Positions 9,461 through 19,379 of a DNA stretch of 46,502 bases are shown in pieces. Position 1 is the stretch's first letter. Every line of letters begins with the position of its first letter. The position numbers and the translations under genes are program-made. The notes beneath the pieces were generated by a model. That model had not been told where the DNA came from and did not search any database. It saw only the letters and a program-made list of their open reading frames with translations. Source of the DNA: an uncultured Woeseiaceae bacterium (GTDB lineage: Bacteria > Pseudomonadota > Gammaproteobacteria > Steroidobacterales > PWYM01); contig CAYLNP010000003.1 of the NCBI GenBank assembly GCA_964384925.1, forward strand, positions 1-46,502, read 5' to 3'.

Positions 9461-10152
9461 TGCGCCATCGCCTGCCTGCGTTGCTGCTTGCCATGACCAC
9501 GGCAATCGCCATCGCGTGGACGGGCGTGGCATGGCCCCAGGATCAGGCCGGCTACGTGACCGATCAGCTCGAAGTCACGCTGCGTCGGGGCACGGGGACC
9601 CAGTTCGCGATCGTGCGCATGCTGCCCGCCGGTGCGCGGGTGTCAATACTCGAGGTGGACGCCGAGAGCGGGTACAGCCGCGTGCGCACCGAGCAGGGCA
9701 TCGAGGGCTGGCTGCTCAGCCGCTACCTGATGAACGAGCCTGCAGCGCGCAGCCAGCTTGCCGAGCTTCGACGGCGGCTCGAGCAGGCGTTGGCGCAGCG
9801 TGGCTCGGCGGGCGAGATGCTCGATACGATGACCGCCGAGCGCGATCAGCTTGCGGGCGAACGCGACCAGCTGGCGCGTGATGCGGCGAATCTGCGCAGC
9901 GAGCTCGATGAGTTGCGCCAGGCTGCAGCCGAGCCGCTTCAGCTTCGTGAGCGCAATGTGGCCCTGGGCGAACGCGTGGAGACCCTGGAGCGCGAGCTCG
10001 GGGAGGCCAGGGTCGAGGTGGCGGGGCTACGACGCAATACCCAGCGCGACTGGTTCGTCGCCGGCGCCGCCGTGCTTCTGCTTGGCCTGGTGCTGGGTCT
10101 GGTGCTGCCGCGAATTCGCTGGCGGCGGCGTTCCCGATGGGGCGAGCTCTAG
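9460..10152 (+). CDS. SH3 domain-containing envelope protein (TIGR04211/YgiM-like)
   Basis: Signal peptide, bacterial SH3 region (YVTDQLEVTLRRGTGTQFAIVRMLPAGARVSILEVDAESGYSRVRTEQGIEGWLLSRYL), a coiled coil, and a C-terminal TM anchor followed by RIRWRRRSRW. ATG 9460 overlaps the upstream TGA (GTGATG); GTG 9457 is also possible. Confidence 0.7.
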   Translation: MRHRLPALLLAMTTAIAIAWTGVAWPQDQAGYVTDQLEVTLRRGTGTQFAIVRMLPAGARVSILEVDAESGYSRVRTEQGIEGWLLSRYLMNEPAARSQLAELRRRLEQALAQRGSAGEMLDTMTAERDQLAGERDQLARDAANLRSELDELRQAAAEPLQLRERNVALGERVETLERELGEARVEVAGLRRNTQRDWFVAGAAVLLLGLVLGLVLPRIRWRRRSRWGEL

Positions 10153-10154
10153 GT

Positions 10155-10880
10155 TCAGTCCCCCGGAACGTCGGCGGTCATGCTCTTCATGCTGGCCCCG
10201 TACAACATCTGGACCCCGCGATAGTCGCCAGGCTGGAGGTCGCTGAACCTCTCAGTGTATCGGAAAGACATGATCTGCCCGGACGGACCGGGGTGATCGA
10301 GGCCGATGGCATGGCCGATCTCGTGCACCAGCGTGTAGCGGATATCGTAGACATCCGTATCGCCGTCGAAGCCCACTTTCCATGGGTGGTGAGGATTCAG
10401 GCATATCAGTGCGCGCTTAATCACCCCGACGCCGTGCGTGCTGCCAGGCTGAAACTCAACGTTGGCATAGGCGCGACCTGTCGGTCGCCCCTGCGCGCCG
10501 ATCAGAATGTCCGCCTGTCCGATGTCGGCAACCGGCACGAAGGTGATGTTGGCCGCCTCCTCCCAGACGCGGAACGCGGCCGCCGTTTCGGCCCGAAGCG
10601 CTGCCTGGGAGATGCCGTGACGCAGCGCCAGGTGATCCATGGGCACCAGGTCGTTGCAATTGCGCGCGCCATCAAACCGCCTCGGCGAGTCTACAAACGC
10701 GTATCGCACGGTGGCTCCGGCGCCGAGCTCACTGTCACCCCATTTGACGTGATGGCCATCCAGCTGCAGCAATCGGAAGTTTCGATCGCTGCTGGCGCTC
10801 GCGGTCGCGATACCTGCTGAAAATATGGAGATAGCGGCGAGGCACACGGCTGCCCCCACACTGATTGCGGTTCTGGTCAC
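10155..10880 (-). CDS. secreted matrixin-family (M10) zinc metalloprotease
   Basis: GTG start. Signal peptide ...IATASA/SS, zinc site HEIGHAIGLDH (HExxHxxGxxH), and a downstream Met-turn candidate (GQIMSF). Confidence 0.8.
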   Translation of the reverse strand: MTRTAISVGAAVCLAAISIFSAGIATASASSDRNFRLLQLDGHHVKWGDSELGAGATVRYAFVDSPRRFDGARNCNDLVPMDHLALRHGISQAALRAETAAAFRVWEEAANITFVPVADIGQADILIGAQGRPTGRAYANVEFQPGSTHGVGVIKRALICLNPHHPWKVGFDGDTDVYDIRYTLVHEIGHAIGLDHPGPSGQIMSFRYTERFSDLQPGDYRGVQMLYGASMKSMTADVPGD

Positions 10881-11083
10881 CTTACCCCCCCGTATACGGT
10901 GCTGCAGCGGCGGAACAGTCGTTCAGGAGCGACCCTATCGGATGCACGGCGCTGATTTATGGAACGCCGTCGCAAATTCCGCAGTTGAGGGTCATCCGCC
11001 TCAACTTCGCGCGTTTTCTGCCGATAACGCGGCTTGAGTTGAGGAAATGTCAGATTCCTGCATTCCCCCTCTGAGGATGGATG

Positions 11084-11473
11084 ATGCGCAACAATCAGCC
11101 TGTGATCGATCGCGAAGTCGTCCTCGAGCGCGGCGAGTCGATCGTCTCGAGAACCGACTGCGACAGCTACATCACCTATGTGAACGACGCATTCGTGCGG
11201 ATTTCGGGCTTCAGCCGCGAAGAGCTCATTGGCGAGCCTCAAAACATCGTGCGGCATCCGGACATGCCAGCTGCCGCCTTCGCGGACCTCTGGGCGACTC
11301 TGAAGCGCGGCTTGCCCTGGACCGGGCTGGTCAAGAACCGCTGCAAGGATGGAAGCTTCTATTGGGTAAGAGCCAACGTTTCTCCCATCACCCGCAACGG
11401 CAGCGTCACCGGATACCTGTCGGTTCGCTCCCGAGCGTCGGAAGCGGAAGTCCAGAAGGCCCAGGAGGTCTAG
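11084..11473 (+). CDS. PAS-domain N-terminal portion of a chemoreceptor (ends at in-frame TAG)
   Basis: MRNNQPVIDREVVLERGESIVSRTDCDSYITYVNDAFVRISGFSREELIGEPQNIVRHPDMPAAAFADLWATLKRGLPWTGLVKNRCKDGSFYWVRANVSP is the PAS module normally fused to MCP signalling domains. GAGGA lies 5 nt upstream of ATG 11084. The stop is TAG 11471-11473, in the same frame as the next ORF. Confidence 0.8.
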   Translation: MRNNQPVIDREVVLERGESIVSRTDCDSYITYVNDAFVRISGFSREELIGEPQNIVRHPDMPAAAFADLWATLKRGLPWTGLVKNRCKDGSFYWVRANVSPITRNGSVTGYLSVRSRASEAEVQKAQEV

Positions 11474-11539
11474 CGGGAACTGGCTCGTGGCACCTCGTCG
11501 CGGTCCAGGCTGGAAGGAGGTCGGGTCTATCCCACAGGC

Positions 11540-12727
11540 ATGCGCGGCTGGCTGGCGCGTTCGACGCGAGCTTCTTTTCGCGCCCGAGCCTGCCTCGCTG
11601 CCGGTCTGTTCGCCGCACTCTTCGTGGCGATTACGACGGCGGCACTGTCGGGGCTCGGAACGCCCTGGCTGATCGGACTGGCTGCCCTGGGCGTCCTTGC
11701 CTCGAGCCTTCTTGGAATCTGGTCGACTGCAAGCGTCGCAACGGCCATCGACCAGGCTCGGGAGGCGGCGCGGCGCACGGCCGGCGGCGAGGCCGGCTTG
11801 CACTTGCCGACCACCGGGGATCCTGAACTGGTCGCGCTTTTCCGACTCATCGACCAGTCCAACGACAACCTGTTCGGCATCCTCAGGGACCTCGAAACGC
11901 GGCTTGCCAGAGTCGATACCGCGGCGACAGGCATCTCAGGGAGCAATACGGATCTTTCCTCCCGTACCGAACGTCAGGCGGCCAGCCTCGAGGAAACTGC
12001 GGCCTCGATGGAGCAGCTGACTTCGACCGTGAAGCAGAATGCCGATCATGCCGACGAAGCCAATCGCCTGGCGGTACAAGCGTCCGGCGTCGCCCGGCAA
12101 GGCAGTCAGGTGGTGGACCAGGTCGTCGAGACGATGGCCAGCATCAACGAGTCTTCCAATCGCATTGGCGACATCGTGACGCTGATCGACAGTATCGCCT
12201 TCCAGACCAATCTCCTGTCACTCAACGCAGCTATCGAAGCGGCCAGGGCCGGCGAACAGGGCCGCGGCTTCGCGGTGGTGGCGAGCGAAGTCAGGCGACT
12301 CGCCCAGCGCAGCGCGTCCGCAGCGACAGACATCAAGCGTCTGATCGCGGACTCCGATGAGCGAGTGAGCTCCGGGTCGAGTCTGGTCAAGCAGGCGGGC
12401 CATACCATGCAGGATATCGTCGCCGCAGTGACGCAACTCACCACGATCGTCAGTGAGATTGCCAGCGCCTCACGGGAGCAGAGTACCGGTATCGACCAGG
12501 TGGGTATGGCGCTGACTCAGCTCGATGAAGCGACCCAGCAGAACTCGACACTCGTGAGTCGGCTCGCAGATGTCGCCGCCGAATTGAGCGCCGAGACGCA
12601 TTCTGCACGGGAGGCCATGACCATGCTGAGCATGAATTCAGGGGTGAAGGAGGATGGAGTCGCGAGACCTCGCCAGACGGCGGCGGGGAACGCCGCAAAT
12701 GTCACCAGGCTGCGTCGGACCGCTTAA
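11540..12727 (+). CDS. methyl-accepting chemotaxis protein, TM-HAMP-signalling portion (same frame as the upstream PAS ORF)
   Basis: Two closely spaced TM segments, a HAMP region, then the MCP signalling domain ([52 protein letters not shown]). The frame is open from 11474, so the real 5' boundary is probably the PAS ORF (see finding). Confidence 0.85.
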   Translation: MRGWLARSTRASFRARACLAAGLFAALFVAITTAALSGLGTPWLIGLAALGVLASSLLGIWSTASVATAIDQAREAARRTAGGEAGLHLPTTGDPELVALFRLIDQSNDNLFGILRDLETRLARVDTAATGISGSNTDLSSRTERQAASLEETAASMEQLTSTVKQNADHADEANRLAVQASGVARQGSQVVDQVVETMASINESSNRIGDIVTLIDSIAFQTNLLSLNAAIEAARAGEQGRGFAVVASEVRRLAQRSASAATDIKRLIADSDERVSSGSSLVKQAGHTMQDIVAAVTQLTTIVSEIASASREQSTGIDQVGMALTQLDEATQQNSTLVSRLADVAAELSAETHSAREAMTMLSMNSGVKEDGVARPRQTAAGNAANVTRLRRTA

Positions 12728-12736
12728 TCGAACGCC

Positions 12737-12763
12737 GCGCGACTGGGCAAGCCCAGAGCGCGC
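12737..12763. terminator. GC-rich hairpin between convergent MCP and ppsA genes
   Basis: GCGCGACTGGGC-aa-GCCCAGaGCGCGC: a 6-bp perfect core plus a 5-bp extension with one bulge. No clear U-tract on either strand. Confidence 0.35.
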
Positions 12764-12766
12764 AGG

Positions 12767-15130
12767 TCACTTGGCGTCGCCAGCAAGGAACATCCAGGTC
12801 TCCACGACGGTATCTGGGTTCAGCGACATGCTCTCGATGCCCTGCTGGAGCAGCCAGCGGGCCAGGTCGGGATGGTCCGAAGGACCTTGCCCGCAGATGC
12901 CGACATATTTTCCCTGACGGCGGCAGGCGTCGATGGCCAGTTTGAGCAGTGCCTTGACGGCGTCGTCACGCTCATCGAACAGATGGGCGATGACCGCCGA
13001 ATCCCGATCCAGGCCAAGCGTAAGCTGCGTCATGTCGTTGGAGCCGATCGACATGCCATCGAAGTATTCGAGGTAGGCGTCCGCCAGCAGGGCGTTGGTC
13101 GGCAGTTCGCACATCATCACGATGCGAAGCTCGTTCTCGCCCCGCACCAGACCGTTCTCCGCCAGCAGTAGCGTGACTTTTCTCGCCTCTTCGACAGTAC
13201 GCACGAAAGGCACCATGACCTGCACGTTGGTCAGCCCCATCTCCTCACGTACGCGCTTGATTGCGCGACACTCAAGTTCGAAGCAGGGTCGGAAGGTCTC
13301 ATCGATGTAGCGGGAGGCGCCGCGGAACCCCAGCATCGGGTTTTCCTCATGCGGCTCGTAGCGCGGCCCACCAACGAGGTTGGCATATTCGTTGGATTTG
13401 AAGTCCGACAGCCGCACGATGACCGGTTGTGGTGCAAAGGCTGCAGCAATCGTCGCGATGCCTTCGACAAGCTTGTCGACGTAGAAGCTGACCGGATCGG
13501 CGTAGCCTGCCATTTGTCCCGCAATGGTCGCCTTGAGTTCGCCATCCAGGCTGTCGTATTCCAGCAGCGCCCTGGGGTGAACGCCAATCATCCGGTTGAT
13601 GATGAACTCCAGGCGCGCCAGCCCTACGCCGCGATGCGGAATCGAGGCAAACGCGAATGCACGGTCGGGGTTGCCGACGTTCATCATCAGCTTGACCGGA
13701 ATCTCGGGCAGGCGGTCCAGTTCGATGCGGGTGTGTTCGAAGTCGAGCATGCCGGCGTATACGTAACCCTCGTCACCCTGCGCGCAGGAGACGGTGACGG
13801 CAGCGCCGTCTGCGATCCTGTCGGTCGCATCGCCACAGCCCACCACCGCAGGAATGCCAAGTTCGCGTGCGATGATCGCGGCATGGCAGGTGCGCCCGCC
13901 GCGATTGGTGACGATCGCTGAGGCGCGCTTCATGATCGGCTCCCAGTCGGGATCGGTCATGTCGGCGACCAGTACATCGCCGGTCTGCACGCGCGTCATC
14001 TCGCGGATGTCGCTGATGATCCTGGCGCGCCCGCTGCCGATTTTCTGGCCGATGCTGCGTCCGCGGGCGATGATCTCGGAGCTTTCCTTGAGCCGATAGC
14101 GCTGGATGCTGCGGCCGCTGCGACTCTGTACCGTTTCCGGACGGGCCTGCAGGATGTAGATTTTTCCGTCCTGGCCGTCCTTTCCCCACTCGATGTCCAT
14201 GGGACAGCCGTAGTGGTCCTCGATGGTGAGCGCCTGACGCGCCAGCAACTCAAGGTCGCTGTCGTCGAGCGAGAAACGCATCCGCTGGGATTCCTCTACA
14301 TCGACGATGCGGATGCGCTCGGCGCTGCTGGCGTCCTCGTCGTAGACCATCTTCGTGGCTTTACTGCCGAGGTTGCGGCGCAGGATGGCGGGCCGCTCAG
14401 CGCGCACACCCGGCTTGTAGAGATAGAACTCGTCAGGATTGACCGCACCCTGTACGACCATCTCACCGAGTCCGTAGGAGGCGGTGATGAACACCACGTC
14501 ACGAAAGCCCGACTCCGTGTCGAGCGTGAACATCACGCCGCTGGCGCCAAGGTCGCTGCGCACCATGTGCTGAACGCCCACCGACAGGGCGACAATATTG
14601 TGATCGAATCCATGGTGGACCCGGTAGGCGATCGCCCGATCGTTGAACAGCGAGGCGTAGACCTCATGGATCGCGCGAATGACATTGTCCAGCCCACGCA
14701 CATTGAGCAGCGTTTCCTGTTGACCCGCAAACGAAGCCTCGGGCAGGTCCTCGGCGGTTGCCGATGAGCGCACCGCCACCGAAATGTCGCGACCCCCGGA
14801 CATGCGCCCCCAGGCCTGCGCGATGTCACGCTGCAGGGCGTCGGTCAGCGGCGTTTCCATGATCCACTCGCGGATCTGTGCGCCGGTGCGTGCGAGGGCG
14901 TCGACATCCTCAACATCCAGCGTCTCGAGTGCGTTTCGAATGCGGACATCGAGCCCCGACTGGGCCAGGAAATCGCGGTAGGCGCGAGCGGTGGTCGCGA
15001 ACCCGCCAGGGACGCTGACACCGAGGCCGGCCAGGTGGCCTATCATTTCGCCGAGCGAGGCGTTCTTGCCGCCTACATGTTCGACGTCGTTCCTGCCCAG
15101 GCTGTCGAGCCCGACTACATATGCGTCCAA
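12767..15130 (-). CDS. ppsA: phosphoenolpyruvate synthase (pyruvate, water dikinase)
   Basis: 787 aa. N-terminal [12 protein letters not shown], phosphohistidine motif [17 protein letters not shown], and a C-terminal PEP-utilising TIM-barrel region. Confidence 0.95.
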   Translation of the reverse strand: MDAYVVGLDSLGRNDVEHVGGKNASLGEMIGHLAGLGVSVPGGFATTARAYRDFLAQSGLDVRIRNALETLDVEDVDALARTGAQIREWIMETPLTDALQRDIAQAWGRMSGGRDISVAVRSSATAEDLPEASFAGQQETLLNVRGLDNVIRAIHEVYASLFNDRAIAYRVHHGFDHNIVALSVGVQHMVRSDLGASGVMFTLDTESGFRDVVFITASYGLGEMVVQGAVNPDEFYLYKPGVRAERPAILRRNLGSKATKMVYDEDASSAERIRIVDVEESQRMRFSLDDSDLELLARQALTIEDHYGCPMDIEWGKDGQDGKIYILQARPETVQSRSGRSIQRYRLKESSEIIARGRSIGQKIGSGRARIISDIREMTRVQTGDVLVADMTDPDWEPIMKRASAIVTNRGGRTCHAAIIARELGIPAVVGCGDATDRIADGAAVTVSCAQGDEGYVYAGMLDFEHTRIELDRLPEIPVKLMMNVGNPDRAFAFASIPHRGVGLARLEFIINRMIGVHPRALLEYDSLDGELKATIAGQMAGYADPVSFYVDKLVEGIATIAAAFAPQPVIVRLSDFKSNEYANLVGGPRYEPHEENPMLGFRGASRYIDETFRPCFELECRAIKRVREEMGLTNVQVMVPFVRTVEEARKVTLLLAENGLVRGENELRIVMMCELPTNALLADAYLEYFDGMSIGSNDMTQLTLGLDRDSAVIAHLFDERDDAVKALLKLAIDACRRQGKYVGICGQGPSDHPDLARWLLQQGIESMSLNPDTVVETWMFLAGDAK

Positions 15131-15218
15131 GTCAACTCCATTGCCGTTTTCCTTGTGTTCCCTCGCCGAACGTGCAGAATCGCTCCGGCAGCCACGCCGG
15201 CTTGCATGGAAAGCATAT

Positions 15219-16040
15219 ATGAATCAGCGAACTGTCTTCTTTGTTTCGGATCAGACGGGGGTCACTGCGGAAACCCTCGGCCACAGCCTGCTGACGCAGT
15301 TCGACGGCCAGGAATTTCGGCAGGTGACTGTGCCATTTATCGATTCGGTTGACAAGGCGAAAGCCGCCGTCCAGCGCATCAATGCGGTAGGCGCGCGCGA
15401 GGGGTGTCGGCCCATCGTATTCAGTACGCTGGTTCAGGACGAACTGCGGCTCGTGCTGCGCGAAGCCAACGCACTGTTCCTGGATTTTTTTGATGCCTTC
15501 GTCGGTCCCATGGAGCTCGAGTTGTCGATGCAGTCATCGCACAAGCAGGGCCAGGCGCATGGCATGGCCGATATGGCCAGCTATATGCAACGCATCGAGG
15601 CGACGAATTTCGCCATGGCGCATGACGACGGCGGAGCCGCGCGCAACTACGAGCGTGCCGATGTCATCCTGCTCGGCGCTTCACGCTCGGGCAAGACGCC
15701 CACCTGCCTGTACATGGCGCTGCAGTATGGCGTATTCGCCGCGAACTATCCGCTGACCGAGGACGACCTGGAGGATGGTGGCGTGCCGGCAATCCTGCGT
15801 CCGCACCGCAGCAAGCTTTTCGGCCTGACGATTGCTCCCGAGCGCTTGCAGCACATTCGTCGTGAGCGCAGGGCACACGGGCGCTATGCATCATCCCAGC
15901 AGGTGGGATTCGAGCTGCGGGCCGCGGAGGGCTTGTACCGTCGACACAGCATTCCGTTCATCGATACCAGCGAGAAATCGATCGAGGAGATCGCGGCGGC
16001 CATCCTCAACGACACCGGCGTGGAGCGGCGCGTGCGCTAG
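15219..16040 (+). CDS. ppsR: PEP synthase regulatory protein (bifunctional kinase/pyrophosphorylase, DUF299)
   Basis: [28 protein letters not shown] and P-loop [15 protein letters not shown]. Divergent from ppsA as usual. The ORF-track start at 14991 lies inside ppsA. Confidence 0.9.
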   Translation: MNQRTVFFVSDQTGVTAETLGHSLLTQFDGQEFRQVTVPFIDSVDKAKAAVQRINAVGAREGCRPIVFSTLVQDELRLVLREANALFLDFFDAFVGPMELELSMQSSHKQGQAHGMADMASYMQRIEATNFAMAHDDGGAARNYERADVILLGASRSGKTPTCLYMALQYGVFAANYPLTEDDLEDGGVPAILRPHRSKLFGLTIAPERLQHIRRERRAHGRYASSQQVGFELRAAEGLYRRHSIPFIDTSEKSIEEIAAAILNDTGVERRVR

Positions 16041-16055
16041 CTGCGCGAAGGCCGA

Positions 16056-17687
16056 CTAGATCGAGTAGCTTGGCGAGCGAAGTCCGGTGAAAAATTCGAG
16101 CTTACTGAGTTCGCGCGCCAGCTCGGCCAGCGGCGTGAGCACTCGCTCGGAGGACTGCGACAGCAGCGCCGTGTCCTGGGTCGCACGCTCGAGATACACG
16201 CGCAGGGTTGCGCCCTCGGTACCCGTACCCGAAAGCCGAAAGACGATGCGTGAATCCTCACCGACATGCACTTCCACACCCTGGCCTGTCGAGCGACTGC
16301 CGTCCACCGGGTCCGAGTAGTCGAACTGCGCAGCGGTGCGTACGCCGGCAGCCTGCCAGGCACCGGGCAACTCGCGGCAGGCCCCTGACAACGCATGCAT
16401 CAGCGCATTGGCCTGATCGCCATCCGCGATGGAGTAGTCCTGGCGCAGATAATGGTCGCGGCCGAACCTGCCCCAGTGCGCGCGCAACAGGGATGCCACG
16501 GATTCGCCTGTTGCAGCCAGAAGATCCAGCCAGTACAGCACGGCCCACAGGCCATCCTTCTCGCGCGCGTGGCTTGAGCTGGTGCCGAAGCTCTCTTCGC
16601 CGCACAGTGTGATCCGGCCGGCTTCGAGCAGGTTGCAGAAGAAGCGCCAGCCGGTGGGCGTGACATGGCATTCGATCCCTTGCGATGCGGCGACCCGGTC
16701 GATGGCGCGACTGGTCGGCATCGAGCGCGCCACGCCGGCCAGCCCCCCGCGGTAACCGGGGATGTGGCCGTGCAGAGCTGCCAGCACTGCGAGACTGTCG
16801 CAGGGATGCACCATGCAGCCGCGTCCAAGAATCATGTTGCGATCGCCGTCACCGTCGGAGGCTGCGGCAAAATCCGGCGCATCTGCGCCCGCCATCAATG
16901 CGACCAGGTCAGCAGCGTCCACGGGATTGGGATCAGGGTGCACGCCACCGAAATCGTCCAGCGGCTCGGCGCGCACGACACTGCCAGGCGGGGCGCCGAG
17001 TGTGTGCTCGAGGATACGCAGCGCGTACGGACCAGTAACCGCGTTCATCGCATCGAAGCGCAAGCGGAATCGACCGCCACCGACCAGCGCAGCGATACGA
17101 TCGAAGTCGAAGATTTGCTGCATGAGTGCTGCGTACTCATTCACCGGGTCGACCACGTGCAGTCGCAGACCGTCGATCTCGTGGTGGCCCATGCGCGCCA
17201 GTGGCAGTTCCGGCAGTTGCGCAATTCGATACTGTGACAGGGTCAGGCTTCTTCGAAATATGCGATCGGTCAATGATTCCGGTGCCTGACCACCGCTTGC
17301 CGTGTTGTACTTTATACCGAAGTCGCCGTGCGGGCCGGCCGGGTTGTGGCTGGCGGTGAACAGCAGTCCGCCCGCCGCACCGCAGCTTCGGATCAGGTGG
17401 GAGGCGGCAGGCGTGGAGAGCAGTCCATTGTGTCCGACGACAATGTCACGTATGCCATTGCCCGCCAGCACCGCGATCGATTTGCGGATGGCTTCGTCGT
17501 TGAAAAAACGCCCGTCTCCGCCGATGACGATTCGGGCGTCGGGCGGCAGATCTGCCTCCTCTACGATACATTGCAGGAAGTTTTCGAGATAGTGTCTCTG
17601 CGTGAAGACAGACACCTTGCGACGCAGCCCGGCAGTGCCTGGCCGCTGGTCCGGATAGGCTTGTGTCGTGACAGTTGTGACCTGCAT
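16056..17687 (-). CDS. pgm: phosphoglucomutase (alpha-D-phosphohexomutase, PGM1-like)
   Basis: MQVTTVTTQAYPDQRPGTAGLRRKVSVFTQRHYLENFLQ, catalytic phosphoserine loop TASHNPAG, and metal loop SDGDGDRN. The ORF-track start at 17762 adds 25 unconserved residues, so ATG 17687 is used. Confidence 0.9.
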   Translation of the reverse strand: MQVTTVTTQAYPDQRPGTAGLRRKVSVFTQRHYLENFLQCIVEEADLPPDARIVIGGDGRFFNDEAIRKSIAVLAGNGIRDIVVGHNGLLSTPAASHLIRSCGAAGGLLFTASHNPAGPHGDFGIKYNTASGGQAPESLTDRIFRRSLTLSQYRIAQLPELPLARMGHHEIDGLRLHVVDPVNEYAALMQQIFDFDRIAALVGGGRFRLRFDAMNAVTGPYALRILEHTLGAPPGSVVRAEPLDDFGGVHPDPNPVDAADLVALMAGADAPDFAAASDGDGDRNMILGRGCMVHPCDSLAVLAALHGHIPGYRGGLAGVARSMPTSRAIDRVAASQGIECHVTPTGWRFFCNLLEAGRITLCGEESFGTSSSHAREKDGLWAVLYWLDLLAATGESVASLLRAHWGRFGRDHYLRQDYSIADGDQANALMHALSGACRELPGAWQAAGVRTAAQFDYSDPVDGSRSTGQGVEVHVGEDSRIVFRLSGTGTEGATLRVYLERATQDTALLSQSSERVLTPLAELARELSKLEFFTGLRSPSYSI

Positions 17688-17742
17688 CGCGGGTTGACCT
17701 CGCGCGGCGTGTGTTTGTCTGTGCGCATGATATATTGCCGCC

Positions 17743-18255
17743 ATGGATACCGGCAGTCTCATCCGTCATGCGCGAGTGTGCTGCCCCGGGTCGTTCTCGG
17801 GGCTGATGGCACTCTACGAGGAAAACTGGGGCCTTTTGCAGGCCCTGGCGCCCGGGCTTGCGCGCCTGCGCGGCGCGCATCGCTCGTGTGCACTGGTGGA
17901 CTGTGACCTGTGCCTCGAAGTTCTCGAATCCACCCGCTACACCATGACGCTGAAGCTCACCTATCTGTTCGAGGGGCAGGGCGACGCGGACGTGATCGCC
18001 GATCCGGATTTCACGCTGCGGATATACCATGATGCGCGCCAGGCCGAGGCCGTCAGTTGCATCAATGAGCATCGCCATGCGTTGTTGCAGCAACTCCGGG
18101 TCGAGAGCCTGGAACTCGACCGGCGCTGGCGACGCAACGTCATACTCAACAAGTGGCTGGTCTATCTGCTGGAGTGCGGCCACCTGTTCGCCGGCCCGTC
18201 ATGGCTGCGCGCAGATTCCGAAGCTTGCGCTCAATCACGCTTTCCCGCGCCTTGA
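17743..18255 (+). CDS. DUF1249 (YqiB-like) domain-containing protein
   Basis: FSGLMALYEENWGLLQALAP...TLKLTYLFEG...FTLRIYHDARQAEA...NKWLVYLLECGHLF follows the DUF1249 pattern. Confidence 0.7.
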   Translation: MDTGSLIRHARVCCPGSFSGLMALYEENWGLLQALAPGLARLRGAHRSCALVDCDLCLEVLESTRYTMTLKLTYLFEGQGDADVIADPDFTLRIYHDARQAEAVSCINEHRHALLQQLRVESLELDRRWRRNVILNKWLVYLLECGHLFAGPSWLRADSEACAQSRFPAP

Positions 18256-18285
18256 ACCTATAGGCTTGTCGAGGCTGCAGGCGCT

Positions 18286-19356
18286 GTGCGTATGCAAGTC
18301 GCCGCCCGTGCTATGGACAGGTTCAAGATGCTAGCCGGAATCATCCCCGGGAAGGGCCAGGACGCCGAAGCCGCTGGCGATGACCGGCTGCTGGAGCTTT
18401 ACTGGAATCGGGCCGCGGTCAAGAAGGAACTCGCGAGCCTGCGCCGTGAGCGCTACGAGTTGCTTGAGAAGCTGCGGGAAAGCGAGGCGGGTACGCAGCG
18501 CGTTGTCGAGCAGCTCGCCAGTCTCGAGGGCCTGCTGGCCGATACCGAGACTGCAGCCACGGCGATCGCGCATTTTCAGCTCAAGAGCCTGTGGAAACAG
18601 AGCGCCCTGCGTATCAAGAAGTTCGTGGGCGAAGTGGCCGACAAGCAGATGCGCCGCGAGCGTGATCATCTCGAGACCGACTTTCGCCAGCGTCAGGCGC
18701 GAGAGCTTGCCGAACTCGAGCCGTCGATCCGCGCATTGCAGGCCGAAGTCATCGACCAGGCTGAGCGTATCAGCGCATTGGAACGGCTGGTCGCGGAGAT
18801 GCCCTTCTGGCGCTGGGGTCGCCGCCGCGCGCTCAAGTTGCAGCTATCGGCGCTCGGCGAGGAACAGGCCGCGCGCCAGGGCGAACTCGATGCCCTGTTG
18901 GGCCGGCAGCTCGAGATCCAGTCCGAGGCTCAGCCCGACTACGCTGGCCTGTCGGCAGAAAGTCGCCGGCTGCTGAACCTCGCAGCGCTCGCCCTGGCAC
19001 AGGAACTGGTGCTGTTCTTTGAAGAAAACGACCTTGCGCGCCGTGCGCGCGCGGCTTTCGCCGAGGACGTTCGCAACGCCGATTACGGTACGCGCGAAGA
19101 CGCTCAGCGCCTGTCGCGACACATCGAGGAGCGCCTGGCGGTACTGGCCGCCCATCGCCAGCTCTCGGCTGCGGTCAAGCGTCGTACCGAGTACCTGCGC
19201 TCGCGTGTCGAGTACCGTCGCGAAGATGAAACCATCCCGCTGGCGCGCAGCCTGGAGCGAATCACCCGGGATCCCGTGCGCGGCAGCGCCGGCGGCACGA
19301 CAAACATCAACGTGCTGTCCGAGGAGTACTGGGACATCTACGACACGCTTCGCTGA
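18286..19356 (+). CDS. hypothetical coiled-coil protein, no recognisable domain
   Basis: Long ORF with sensible Glu/Leu/Arg/Ala-rich heptad-like composition. No TM segment or signal peptide. Start is uncertain (GTG 18286, ATG 18292, 18313 or 18328). Confidence 0.55.
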   Translation: MRMQVAARAMDRFKMLAGIIPGKGQDAEAAGDDRLLELYWNRAAVKKELASLRRERYELLEKLRESEAGTQRVVEQLASLEGLLADTETAATAIAHFQLKSLWKQSALRIKKFVGEVADKQMRRERDHLETDFRQRQARELAELEPSIRALQAEVIDQAERISALERLVAEMPFWRWGRRRALKLQLSALGEEQAARQGELDALLGRQLEIQSEAQPDYAGLSAESRRLLNLAALALAQELVLFFEENDLARRARAAFAEDVRNADYGTREDAQRLSRHIEERLAVLAAHRQLSAAVKRRTEYLRSRVEYRREDETIPLARSLERITRDPVRGSAGGTTNINVLSEEYWDIYDTLR

Positions 19357-19379
19357 GCGCGCCGCGCTCCGCTGTGCAA

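Noticed and set aside
10983-11020. Hairpin AGTTGAGG/CCTCAACT followed by a T-run, considered as an ordinary Rho-independent terminator.
   Set aside because: No plus-strand gene ends upstream of it (the preceding gene is on the minus strand), and the T-run is displaced 7 nt from the stem. It is reported as a possible regulatory structure instead.
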